Assembly: GCA_910592345.1 (NCBI GenBank)
Contig: CAJVPI010000035.1
Location: 1 to 64,000, forward strand
Direction of reading: 5' to 3'
Origin: Paraglomus brasilianum
Taxonomy: Eukaryota
Length of the DNA stretch: 64,000 nt
The position numbers and the translations under genes are program-made. Positions within the stretch are counted from its first letter, which is position 1. Each line of letters begins with the position of its first letter. Below, one piece after another: positions 38,201 through 50,974 of this stretch. The notes under the pieces are model-generated. The model was not told the DNA's origin, did not search any database, and saw only the letters and a program-made list of their open reading frames with translations.

Positions 38201-38833
38201 CCAGCGATTAAAACCATCAGCCCCTCTTGGGATGATGGTGAAAGTTTTTGAATCTTTTCAATGTAAATCGCTTTATTCTCATGACACACGGCCCAAGTCA
38301 CAATTAACGAACACAATGCTATTGTCTCGGTAAGATTATTATCTGTAGCAATCGCATCAAAATCGGGCCGATCCAGCCCTTTAGTTGAGTGATCCAACTT
38401 CTCTTCATAGTGTCGTATGAGAAGTTTGTAAAGCTTCTGAAGCCGTCCGGACTTTACAACCCAATTGTCATCGCGAACATCGGATCGTTGGTCAATTTTG
38501 AACCACAATGGCTCACTATAAATATAAAGTTTTGATGAATCGCCTAATGCGGAAAGCTATTCAAATCTGGCATATGACATCATATTTCGCGTAAAAAGCA
38601 AACCATCTTACATTTCATGTAATACTTCAAATAAAGCTCGGCCATCAGTCAGGTCCGTGATTTTATTTACGGGATTCGAAAGATTATTGAAGGTATTAAC
38701 CTAGAAAGTGGTATGATGAGATGGAGCGTTGTAGGCGTTATCTTCTGCATTCGAAGAATGACTTTCGTGATTGACACGGGTACTCTAAGATACTTACCCA
38801 GTCCACAAAAGCAGTTAGTTGTTGTTCGTACAT
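35253..38833 (-). CDS. HOOK-family dynein/dynactin cargo adaptor (multi-exon)
   Basis: N-terminal Hook domain (AFVDWVNTF..ITDLTDGRALFEVLHEI..WFK..NWVVK..LQKLYKLLIRHYEE), long coiled coil (LKKAENVIEKYKKKME), C-terminal ENQLMVSAWFGIG...FLGQQRQAASGQ-MKRR*. Confidence 0.9.
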
Positions 38834-39524
38834 AACCTTATTTGAAGAGGTATTAGCAATGAAGGAATCGTGAAAAGTCGCTTTGTAGCATAAGGAGGTC
38901 GTAAATGGGGGATGTTGTTGGCTGTACTCAAGGTATAGCAAATGGACGTTATGATAGTGGGACTGAGCTTCTGAATGCCGTTGAGATGCTGTCGCGGTGA
39001 GGCTTTTTATTTTAGCGTTAGAGTGTCACTTGAAACTTGGTCACATGCCACAAAGCCAGATTTGTCGATAAAAATATCATTCCAGGATTTGTTACTTTTA
39101 CTTTTGCGCAACAGTCCCAATTCTAAACTGCTCGTTTAAGAATGATTGCTTATCTTTTTTTTTTTTTTCAATAGTCTATCATCGGTTAAGGCTTGTAATA
39201 GCGACAATAGCACATAGATCCGTTCGAGTGGACCAATTCGATGTAGATCACAGATTATCGACATCGAATGATGACGAATTCACAGACGGCCACAATAACC
39301 AACTCGAAACCACACCAATAACACGATTTATCATCTCCATTCTAACAAAAAAAATTTTTTTTTCTCGGGTAACCAAAAAGATACAGATTACCAATCGAGA
39401 GGATTAACGATAGATACGACAACTTCTAAACACAATCTACCATTCTTGAAAATTCTAATAACATATTTAGCCCTTTGGCTATTTACTGAAACCTATTTTC
39501 ATTTGATATTATTAATTAATTCAT

Positions 39525-42500
39525 TTATGGAATATTCTTCGTGATATCTATCAATCGCTTCAACCCGACTATCCATTTGTCGCATTCCGAGAATTTCGTA
39601 GTCATCAATTTCACTTGGATATCAACGGCAGCTGGGTAGTCGCGGACTCGTAGAGCTGACCAATCAAACAAGAGTCGTGGTTATACGAATGAATGTATGA
39701 AACCCTTTGTAACAATAAATGCTTACCTTGTGAAAATTGCAATAACGATTCGACCACAGATTCCGATACCGTTTCATTATTTAGTTCATCAAATAGAGCG
39801 TTGAGACGTTTCTCAGTGTCATCCAACATTTTCTTATTTTGTTGCTATGAAAGAAAACACAACATTTAGTTCGTCAGTGAAAATGAAAGATAAGGCAATC
39901 GGAGAAAAATAAAATGTTATTTATTTACGGGTGAATTTTGTCGAGCCCTTTGCATCTCTCCACTTAAGATTGTGAATATGGGTTTATGTGCAGCGGGTAT
40001 GTGAGTCCGATCGCCAGGAGCTAAGAAATACGCCAAATAATTAATAAACGTTAAATAGATCAAAAACTAAATACGCCAATAGAATGATGATCCACACTCA
40101 CAATACTTGTTGGCTGGGGTAGGTGTTTTCACGGGAGTAGGTGTCCGAGCTAATTGTACAGGCGGTGTTCTCGTCGGTGCAGGTGGAGGAGGACCTTGGA
40201 GGGCAACTTGCGGAGGAACTTGCTGAGGAACTTGCGGAGGAACTTGCTGAGGAACTTGCTGAGGAACTTGCGGCGGAGCTTGTGGAGGAACTTGCCCCAT
40301 CAAAGGTTTTGTAGTACCATAAGTGCCCGTCTGTGCAACAGCACCATAACCACCCTCTGCAGGTGTGCCATATCCACCAGGTCGATATGCTGGATTAGCA
40401 TGGGGAGGCGGTGTCGGCGTCGATCTACCTTGCCCATAGATTCGAGTTTGTGGTTGTGGTGATGCACGAGTACCTGCGTTTGGCGGTGCTCCTTGGCCCA
40501 TCACCTGATATCCGGCAACTGGCGGCGGAGGCTGTCCTCGATTAGGCGGTTGATGTCCAATGTATGACGGAGGTATATTTTGTGGCGGCGGTATATTTTG
40601 TGGTGGTGGTGGCGGCGGCGCGGTCTGTGCATAAACATTATGTGGTGGATGTGCCGGATGTGCCGGATGTGCTGGAGGTGCTGGAGCAGACGACGCTGCT
40701 GGGAAGGGCGAAGTGAGTGGTGAATGCTTACCCAATTGCGCTGCTGCTCGTTTTGCTGGATTGGTGGGGGGGATAATTGGTGGATCATTCCAGTTCGGAA
40801 GGTTTTTCTTATATGCAGCTGAAACTTCTGTTGGCGGTGTAGCACTAGTTTCGGTGGTCGGAGCAGCAGCTTGTGGAGGCGGGATAAATTGATTATTATT
40901 TACTGTGTACGCTTGATTGTATCCTGTATAGGCTTGTTGCTGGTATGTTTGTTGATACGGAGCTGCATATTGATTATATCCGTAGGGTTGTTGTAAAGGC
41001 ACGGCTGGTTGAACGGCCGCCTGGGTAGGGAATCCGGCGTTGGCAGTGGGTACTGGAGGCACCGGTGGAACCGCCTGCTGTTGATATCCATATTGATTGT
41101 AATAATTTTGGGCAGGTTGTCCACTTGGATTATAAGGCTGTGGATTATATTGTGCTGGATACTGGATAGCGTCGGCCGGCGTAGCAGTCGATTGATTGAA
41201 TTCAGCCTCTGTACCGACGTAAACTTGTTTAAATGGAAACGTCGGCGCTTTGAGACCACCAACATCTATGCCAGAGTTATATACGCGTTCCCTTATAACA
41301 GCCAAGGTGTCATGTTGATTATTATTAGCCTTGTATTCAACAGGAATCAGACTTAAATATTTCAAAGCAACCGTTAAACGACCTTGAGTCGCCAATAACT
41401 CCGCATATTCGGAATATTTATTGTACAAGGAAGTCAGTTTGAAATGGCTAACGGGTCCTTCGTTACTAGAGTCCAGAGATTGCACAATGTCAGAATCAAC
41501 GTAATCAATAGCTTTTCGGAATACTGTAACCTTCTCGACAAAGTTTTGTAAACTTTTTGCATGGAATGAAAACCGGGACAGCGATTTCTTATGACCTTCC
41601 TTTTGAGCACGTTTAAGCTCCTCCTGTTCCTCTTCTTCCTGTTCAGCAATCCAAATATTCACAGCCCTCTCCAAGTTGGCTGCAGCCAGGTAACACAATA
41701 GTGCATTCCTTCTATACTGCAACGCTGTTTTTCGTGCATTATCACTAGACGCAGAGATAATTGATTTATGATATTCTTGCTCAAGCCTTGTGCCTAAAGC
41801 ATTACACAAAGTACCAAATTCTTCTCCGCGAGCAAACGTGCAAAGCACTACAACGACCTCTTGCCATTCATTCAAGTCTGCATTATATACTACATCCGAC
41901 AAGTCTCCAGCCACGATACTCTGAAGCAAACGCACATATGGCACGTTCCTAATCTGCCGTTCAAAATAAGCTTTTTGCGTTCGTTGTACTAATTCAGATC
42001 CACCACAGACAGCCAATAAAAGAGCATCTGATAGTCTATCAGCTTGTAAACATAGGTTCACGGCAGACTCAAAGTCACCAAGTACGATTGATCGAGTGAT
42101 TAACTTGTCTATATCTGATTCATCTGACGGGTAGATCTTAAACGGTCCCAAGTTAGTCGCCGGAATTGTAGTTTCGGTCGTTGTCGAAACAACCGAAAAT
42201 ATATCTTCGGACGTTGAATCGACTGCAAATGCATCTGAAATGTTTTCCGAACCGCTAAACAGGTCAGATGTAGTAGCTGGACGCTCTGCTGCAGTTGATT
42301 GAAGATCTGATATAGTAGATTCAAGATTCGATGTAGTTGACTCAGGGTTCGATGCGGTTGATTCAAGGTTTGATGTGGTAGATTCAAGGTTCATAGACTG
42401 TATAGCAGCAGAGATTTGTGTAATGACATCTTCTTTTGTAAATCCAAGATGTCTCACCAATTCCGCTCTAGGCTTTTCATTGAATAATGTGCGAAGAATT

Positions 42501-44722
42501 TTCCAATTATCAGATACAAGCTCATTTGAAGCGCTCTTTTCTCGCTTCTCACACAGGGAATTAAGTGCTTGGCTGTCGACTGAACCTTCCAACTCATCGG
42601 AGCGCTGGAATAGTTCTGGTTCTGTGACTACTGCTGAAACGATAACTTTATAGCTATCAGTGTTTTTGTTATTGAAACGTACTAATTTGCCACCAAACCC
42701 AAACTTGGCACCAACAGGGCATCGCAACCATTTCGGCGGCTGCTTGAGGGTGAGTGAAGGTGTGTATTGTGCAGTGATAGATGCGAACGGATCACTTTGT
42801 GAATTTGTTGGAGCTTCCTTTGGCTCCTGAGATGATCGTAACGAGTGGATGTTTATCTGCATGGTAAAAGTAACGTTGAGCGCAAGTCTTTTATAGATAT
42901 CATCACTAACAACAGTATATAGATTTATCCAACGTACCTTGCCATCGAACGAAGCTGTCGCCAATAAATCAGGGTTTCCTGGACACCATTGAACGTCGAA
43001 AACCCAATTAGAGCACGGAGGAAGCTATTATAGAGTACAGTCACGATGTAAGCGTGACAATAACTAGTATGATATATAGTATTGACGAACGAGCCTTGCT
43101 TGAGCGCTGCGTCACTCGTTTGCCCATATGTATGAAGGAAGCAAACTTAAACAGCAGCCAGATCAAAACTGGTTGGTCATAATCGCTGAGTGAGAACTAC
43201 TCAAAATGACGCAACACCCACAGCAAAGTTACCTCATCCGATTCCATACGTATACAATAACCGTAAAGATTCAATAGGCTCATTTAGTTTACCTCTCCAA
43301 TGACCTCTGCATTCTTTGGATTCCAACAAAGCGTACGATTATCTTTACCACATGACAGTAGTAAATCTGCATCTTTCAGACACCACGAAAGCGACAGTAT
43401 GCCTTTCTGATGCCCAGACAAAATCTATTTTTAAATAATGTTAGCCAAAATGTGAATGAAGACGGGTGTCTGCCAGCACAAACAATTACTTGCCTTTTCA
43501 GGAGCACGCGCGTTTCGAAGATCCCACATTACAATCACCGGATTCCCATCATCTTCTGAAGCGGCAATGATTTGTGTAGCCTATAAAAAAAAAGTTGGAA
43601 CCATTTTTCGTCACTTCAAGCTTACCGATATATAGTCAAGTTCTAAATGACAGACATACCGCATCAGGATTCCATGCAATAGCAGTAATACCTCTCCTTC
43701 CACCAGCTCCCATCGTACCTCCGGTATTCATTCCACCCATGCCGTAGGTTCCTCCCATTTGGTTTGATAGTCCAACATGTGACAGGTGCATGGCTTCTCG
43801 TTTATTCTTCAAATCCCATACAACCGTATATCCAGTGGTCGAAGAGGTAGCCAAGATATGCTGAACTTTATTGTTCCATGCAAGATGCGTAATATCTTCG
43901 AGTTTTGTTGAGCGAGCGCCTGGCGTAAGTGGTGACGCGGGAGCAGTGACATCCCAAATAAAGACCTGTTAAAATTGGCCAAAAAATTCATCAGGTGATA
44001 CAAAGGTAGTTCATTAGACGGCAGTAGTCATCCAAGTTCAAATATAAGAATCCGAATCAACTCACTGTTCATACCTCCCCATTAGTCGCACCCGATGCCA
44101 ACAAGTTGGGTTGGAACGGGTTAAACTGCAGACCACGAACATTACCCGAATGAGTTGTATTGCGTAAAACCAGTGCCTCCGTTGTGCTGATTGGGAAGGT
44201 CAATTACGATGAATAAATAAAGAATAAATGAATCGTCAATAACGAGTTGGTTCGAGTCGTTTTCCTAAGTGATATATTGTTGAGACTCACTCGCCACCTT
44301 CCAAAATAACTGCCGGATCCCACAAGTCAAGTTCACCAGTTTCCATGCCACCAGCGATGAGTCCATATTGTTTATCCGATAAACCACCCCATGCTAGTCG
44401 GTCAAATCTGGATATTAAGGCATAGCATAACATACATAAGCATTTGATAGACCCAGAGGCCGATCTCTTAAAGCAAAACTCCAAGTTTGATGTATATATT
44501 ATTGATGGTTAGGGTCTACCTTGCTTTGCTAGTGACTACGCCAGCAGGTTGCAATTCAATGCCAGCTGATTTATTGTCGTCGAGCCGGAATAGTTCCAGT
44601 TCTGACGTAACTGAAAAACTCGCGTCAAAAGCACCAGCAACAGTGCCAGCAGCAATAATTGGTATTTGCTGTCCTGGACTCCAGGCAAATGTTGCTGTGC
44701 GTGAAATTTCTTTTAGTTTCAT
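39525..44722 (-). CDS. SEC31: COPII coat protein Sec31 (WD40, ACE1, proline-rich region, C-terminal domain)
   Basis: [68 protein letters not shown], Pro-rich region, [27 protein letters not shown]. Confidence 0.97.
43073..43256 (-). ncRNA. Highly structured intronic RNA element (long stem capped by three hairpins) in SEC31 intron 43025-43292; family unknown
   Basis: On the - strand: CGGATGAG/CTCGTTCG, CTTTGCT/AGCAAGG and the 17-bp TGGGTGTTGCGTCATTT/GAGTGACGCAGCGCTCA pair fully using G.U. They enclose hairpins TGAGT/ACTCA, CAACCAG/CTGGCTG and GTTTGCTT/GGGCAAAC. Confidence 0.7.
43425..43493 (-). other. GC-AG intron in SEC31
   Basis: AAG|GCAAGT...AATAG|ATT joins APEK to ILSGHQKG in frame. Confidence 0.85.
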
Positions 44723-45697
44723 GAAGAGAATATGCTATTAAGTTAGAAAAAGACGGAAGTTTTTTGCTTGCTAACTAGACAAAATTTTTAAAGTTGTCTC
44801 GCTGGCTGAACAAGTAACCAATAAGGAATCGATGAGCAATCAAAATGTGGCTCGATGTTATTTGGTAACAAAAACTGATTACTGTATTATTATGCAACAT
44901 TGTTCACGTGATGCTAAAGTAAAAATGCTTTTATTGTCGATAATAACATAATAATGATCAAGGTGTATTTGCTGCAAAAAAAATATCTTGGCAAAATCCA
45001 AATGAATATAGCGTTTGCAAAGTTCTTATAAAATTACTCTTTTATGGTTTGACCTTTATACTTTAGCACAATCTGATATAATTCGCATGTCTAGCGTATG
45101 AGTATATATTATTATTATGTTTGCCAACACATAAAACACGTTAACGCCATGATACAAACAATGTTAATATAAGAAGTCGATAACGTTTTACCAATTTTTC
45201 TATGGACTTTATTCATAGTATTATATGCACAAACTTTAGTTAGCTAATTATTCGGATAATTCGACTAGGCTGTTGCATAGTTGGGCATGTTTATTCTCGA
45301 CAGAATTCTGTCTTTGGGTTACTGTTATTAAGTTATCCTCGTTGTTGAAGAAGACTATTTAAAATCTTGTTACTATTGGCTTATATCGCGAATTGTTACC
45401 GAGATTTATTACACGAGTTTTTTGATTACTTGACGTGCCAACAAAAGAAAGAAGGAAGCCATGATGACTCACGTAAAGCCAAATGTACTTAGCATTAACT
45501 TGTTGTTTGTGATATTTCTAAGAGCAACCTATTAAAAAATGGAGCGGTTTACTAGTGTAATCAATCAAGTTTTCTCAATCGGAAATAAGCTACACATTAA
45601 TGCTCAAAATTGAAAAAGTAATGTTGGAGAGTTTACAGAAAGGTAAAAGCTATCGCACACAGTAAAAATCATTCTACAAGTCTAAAAGAAGAGAAAT

Positions 45698-46479
45698 CTA
45701 TGGTTTCTCGATCTGCTGAATGGCGAGTTGCATTCCATCGAGTGAAACATATTTCTTTAAAATAGCTTGCTCATACGCAAATCGATTAGCAAAATACACG
45801 AGTGCATAATCCTGGTTTAATACACATAATACCAAGATCAGAGCCAGCAAAAGAATAATACAACTGTGCTAAGAAATTGTGCAGTAAATACCTTATTTGG
45901 CACAAATTGAATGTCAATGTTCATGTCTCCAAATATCTGCTGTAATAAACTTATCAACCGACCTGGTTTATCAATGTTTTTAATATTGCTGATAGAGCCT
46001 TTTTATGGACGAAAATTATTCATCTTACTAATCCGTATTACACACATCTATAAACATTGCGTTAAATTCACTATTATAATACTAACCACAAAACTCTCCA
46101 ACCACTGAATCAACGCTCTTTGCATTGCACATCAGTCCACTTTCAAAGCCTATGTTGTTTTCGTTTTGTAACGTCCTGATCAACGTTTTCTGTGCACTAA
46201 CGAGATCACTGTGCAGCTGAGCTATCTTTTGGTCTTGGGAAAGAATAATGTCGCGAAGGATATTACAATTGTGGCAAAACGTGCAACTTTGATCTTTAAC
46301 CAACATAACGAAAAGTGAAGAAGTTAGCGTACGAACAAAGATTGTTTATGTATGTGTGGACACTCACATAACAATACTAATACGTGATATCGCAATAGCG
46401 TGACTTTGTTATTGTGACACACATTCTGACCAACGAAAAAATGTTTACCTGACGAATTTGGTATTGGGAAAGGTTCAAT
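45698..46479 (-). CDS. Small coiled-coil + C-terminal RRM-like protein; exons 46479-46449, 46293-46087, 45998-45892, 45811-45698; 5' end unresolved
   Basis: GT-AG introns with consistent phases give ...CHNCNILRDIILSQDQKIAQLHSDL...GEFCGSISNIKNIDKPGRLISLLQQIFGDMNIDIQFVPNKDYALVYFANRFAYEQAILKKYVSLDGMQLAIQQIEKP*. KDYALVYF resembles RNP1. Confidence 0.6.
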
Positions 46480-48302
46480 CTATACAGTATTGCGTATGCA
46501 GTATAAACAACATGATAACATCTGTGTATTCAGTATAATTGTGTCACAATAACACTGTCAACAACGTGTCTGATGCGTTGAGAAGTGTGCTATACAGTCG
46601 ACTCTCCCTAATAAACGCACACTATATTCTGCACGTGCAACAGATTTTGACAATCCCAGTTATGAGAATAACTCTAATGCACGCACGTGATTTTATTGTC
46701 ATCATATTCGATTCAAATTCCTGGTCGAATGTCAGTCACGTAAAGTCAGATAAAAATCTGTCACTATTGCCAAACGTTAAATTAATAAAAGACCATTGGA
46801 AGAGTAGTTTTGTACGTCTTGATATATCAGGTCATTTAATCAAGCGACTTAAGTCAGACTATTTTAATGAGACCATTTAACGTTTCATGCAAGCGATGAT
46901 TAGGCCGTTTAATAAGGAGGCTATATCGGACAAAACTCAAGCATTGCTATAAAGTAAACCGTTCTAAGGATATGTTAGAAAAAGGAGGTTAGTGTAATAT
47001 AATAATCAGATATATTAGTAAAGGAAGCGCGAGAGTACTAATATTAGTACTACGTGAACATGTGTTACCACTCCAAAGTACACCAACATGCATTGTTCTC
47101 TAAATCTGAGTATGGGGGAGAAGCTAAAAGAGGTGCAACATGTAGCAAATATGGCTCGTTTATTAGATACTATTTCTTATAGAGAAAGTAACTACGTGCA
47201 TTCAGGTAGCTTTTCATACTGTGTCAGTGACTCTTCACAAATAATCGTTCAGTTTTGCTTCAGACTCAAGAGTATCTTTTGTATATTTTTGTTAAATGCA
47301 CTACAGCCACACAATCTACATATTGATTAAGACATAGCACCACAAGATGCCAAATACAGCAAATGTACGCCAAAACGGTACAGTTATGATTGTGGATTTA
47401 TGCGTCGAATCAAGGCAGGAGTTATTACAAATGGTCAACTAACTACGGATTTTGAGCACCATATGTACATGTATATCGATAACAAGATTGGTGATAGTAA
47501 TAAGATGGATTACAAGCAATGAAAAAGAAACCTTTCAATTAAAACGTGCATTGCTAAAATCGACCTATACACTATTAGATCAATGCATTTCTACTTAGAT
47601 GGTCCATAATGGTTCGCCAACTCTGAGCCGTGGGACAGCAATACGGTTCTATAAATTTATGTTAATAATTACATACTCAACCATTCGTCACATATATGCT
47701 TGGATTCTGGATATTCTCGTAATTCAATTTATTACCAGTACATGAGAACTTTCACTGTGCAAACAGAATTAGTCTTTTACAAATATAAATTTTGAATGAT
47801 AAACATTTTACTATGTGTAAACTTATACATATTATGATTGATCGCCTGGGAGAATATTTGTCGCGGGTCAGCGCCATTATTTTTGCGGACTGTTTATCCC
47901 AGAACAACAGCTGACATTACATAAGAAAGAGCAATTAATACAATGCATCCGCACTTTGAATGAACATGGCATGCTGTATATTCAACTAGTATGTAGACGA
48001 TAAAACTATTTGTAATTTAATAGATTTATTTATACAATGTTTAATATCCGATACATCGATTATGTCAACACAACTATTACTATGGAATGTTTACAACTGT
48101 CTCATTGTACCACTATTGATAAATGATTCGGCCAACCCGGCAACCTTTTTGTGACGTATTTTGCTTCAAAATTCGACATCAACAATACGGCAGACTCGAT
48201 AATTAATAAGCCGGTTTTCGGCTTAACTCGGCCAAAAGTTCTTTTCATTGTTCGATAAATCTGTATCATGTGATTTGACTGTGCATACGACTGGTGATCA
48301 CA

Positions 48303-48455
48303 AAATCATACGATTGAATGTCATACGAGTAGAATCATACGATTGAATGCCAGTAAAATCATACGACCGAATGTCAGTATACGAATGTCAGTAGAATCAT
48401 ACGATCAATGTCAGTCAAGCATATGATCGAATGTCAGTAATCAAAATGTTAGTAA
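48303..48455. repeat. Degenerate minisatellite, ~23-24-bp unit (AATCATACGATTGAATGTCAGTA)
   Basis: About 6-7 partial or whole copies of catacgattgaatgtcagta visible. Confidence 0.75.
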
Positions 48456-50566
48456 GCATGTCATCAAATCGTAGCACTAATTATAGACTCGTGTGAAGAG
48501 CTTCTTGTAATTCTGATATACATAATAAACTCGGTAAGTTGGACAAAATCTCTCATTTCTTTTTTCATGTACAGCAATCAAATGACTAAATGTAAATAGC
48601 TCTATATTTTTAGGAATGGACGTCAAATAATCGATTTGCCAAGACAAGCTAGATGTATTAATACAAGATTTAATAAATGTAAAATCTATAAGCACGTGAT
48701 TCTCGATAAGTAGAGTAGAATAATCCAGTAATGCATGTAATGGCGATGTCAAATATCGATACCTTCGAATCGCTGACTACTTATTGGTCCAATGTAAACA
48801 CGATCTGCCTTGGAAAAAGCCAACGACAACGCCGCTACTTTAAAGCAATAGCACATCAAGCCATCTGGTTTGCGCAGTGCAGAGGATTGAACATACATAT
48901 TTCGGTCTTCTGGAACACTACCGTAAAAGGACCACCAAGCTACCACTCCGAAGAAACTGGCCAGATAAAACATATCTAGCTGTTTTCTTTACTCCAAGCT
49001 CCTTGTTTTCACAGTGAGCACTCATCCAATTCCTCTCATATGAGAGATGTCAACCCGTCTTGTAAATATTATCATAGAATGTACAGTAGAATAGAATTAT
49101 GTTATATGCATATGTATTTTTATATTTATATGCAAGTTATGTTTTATTTATTAGTAATATGTACTAGTACCTCAAGGTGCTAGATATGTCTTGATAGGTA
49201 GTAGAAGCACAGAAAACCAGGGGTTACCCCATGTACGCCTAAATAAAGACCTCGAAAACTCGATACCTTCGATGGTCGATATACGTTTGTGCCAAATTTT
49301 CATAAGAAATTCTCTCTCCCTATAATAGGAAGAATAGCGCCAAAATTTTTTAATGTAAAATTGTGAGACCCTCTCTGCATATTGTATCAGTGTTTTCTTT
49401 GATGGATGATTTTAATCTATTAGATGAGACTGTTTTACATCAATATATTCTGTTTCATCGATCAGTCTTAAAGTAGATGAGTCTTTTTTAGAAAGATGTG
49501 GTAAATGACAGCAATTAAATGGAAAAGGCAAGTAACTCTAGATAGATATACAGTATACAACAAGAATGGTATACAGTAAGTAAAATTTTTGCTATAAGAA
49601 AAGGACAGTCATATAACGAGTAACTTTCGATATAAGAGATTGTCGATACAAGAAAGGAATTTGTTGTACCAGACCACTTTCACTTGTACCTCTTTTTTTT
49701 TTAAGACGGAAGGCATAATTAAGCAATTCGATGTTACAGCTTTGTTATGTGATTATGCAAGATCTTTGAGCTAGCATGCTTCCGCGCTAATCTCGATAAA
49801 TTTTGTAGTTTCAAACGCATCAAGGACATAATAATAAAAACTTTTAATTTTTTAGCCTAAATTTCTTGCATCGCGACTTTGTTGCATTAATTTTTATAAC
49901 GTAATCAATAGTTCAATCTTTTTAAGAATTTCGTATCAGTATTTTCTGGCCACGAGATGTGGCAAATCAACCATTTGTAATTAACGAGTGCCTTTGTCCT
50001 TTTCGCGTAAGGCGGGATATGCAAAATCTCAAGTATTAAAAGACTCGGGGTTGGTGCATGCATAATTATCAGGGTGATGTGACTCACTCACTCAAGGGGC
50101 GTTTGCCGCCATTGATCTTTTAGATCTTTGGGCTAATTTACTAACTACATTTCGCTCGAGATTGGCCCGTGGAACAGTACCCATACGGTACCCGCACCAT
50201 AAATCTGTGGGGCCGTTATGCATTTATTTTCTCCGAAAAGGAAACATGTCACTCAGTTTCAGGATTGACCCTTACGTGTTGCTTAAATAGGGGCAATTTG
50301 CAGCCTCGCAAGAACAATAGAAAGTATAATAACAATGGTGAAATACACGATTTTTGCTCATATTCTTGCATAAACAATGAGTAATGTGGACACTAACAAA
50401 ATCAACTTTTATAGAAACTCTTACAAATTTCATGCAGGTTGAAACGCTAAACCTGTTGACACTAGTTTCGCAACCAATGGCTGTCGTTCGCACTCTATCT
50501 CGTGCTGATTGGATGATGTGATAGTGTTTGAATTCACATGAAAAGGCATTAAACGTCTGCAGCTTT

Positions 50567-50625
50567 ATTAGGCACCCAATTTTTTTTTTTTATAATTTAG
50601 AACTTTATTGCCATTAGGCACCCAA
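50567..50625 (-). mobile_element. Severely 5'-truncated poly(A) retro-insertion (33 nt) with 13-bp TSD
   Basis: ATTAGGCACCCAA at 50567-50579 and 50613-50625 flank an insert reading GGCAATAAAGTTCTAAATTAT-A12 on the - strand. Confidence 0.7.
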
Positions 50626-50974
50626 ATTAAGCCTTAAAGAATGATAGTGAAGGGGCACAAACATGATAAGTGTGATGCTTTCTTTTTATTTCGTTTAACT
50701 TATAACACAAGACTTGCTTGTGTATAGATGTATTGATATAGCTAATGCAAGTTTTGGGTGATAATTAATATTATATATCTATACCGATTATAAATGCAAT
50801 AATGTCTATTAATATTAAACAGCCAACACAAATTACAATTACGATTAATTAATTTGATATCTATAAGCAGCAGCAGCCTCGACCTGCGGAGACTTGCGCA
50901 TGAAAATACGCGTACCAAGTAAGTATTCGCACGCATGTATTGTTGTTTGTCATCATCTATTACGCAATACATTC

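Noticed and set aside
48303..48455. CRISPR-like array
   Set aside because: Units abut with no unique spacers, no cas genes, eukaryotic context
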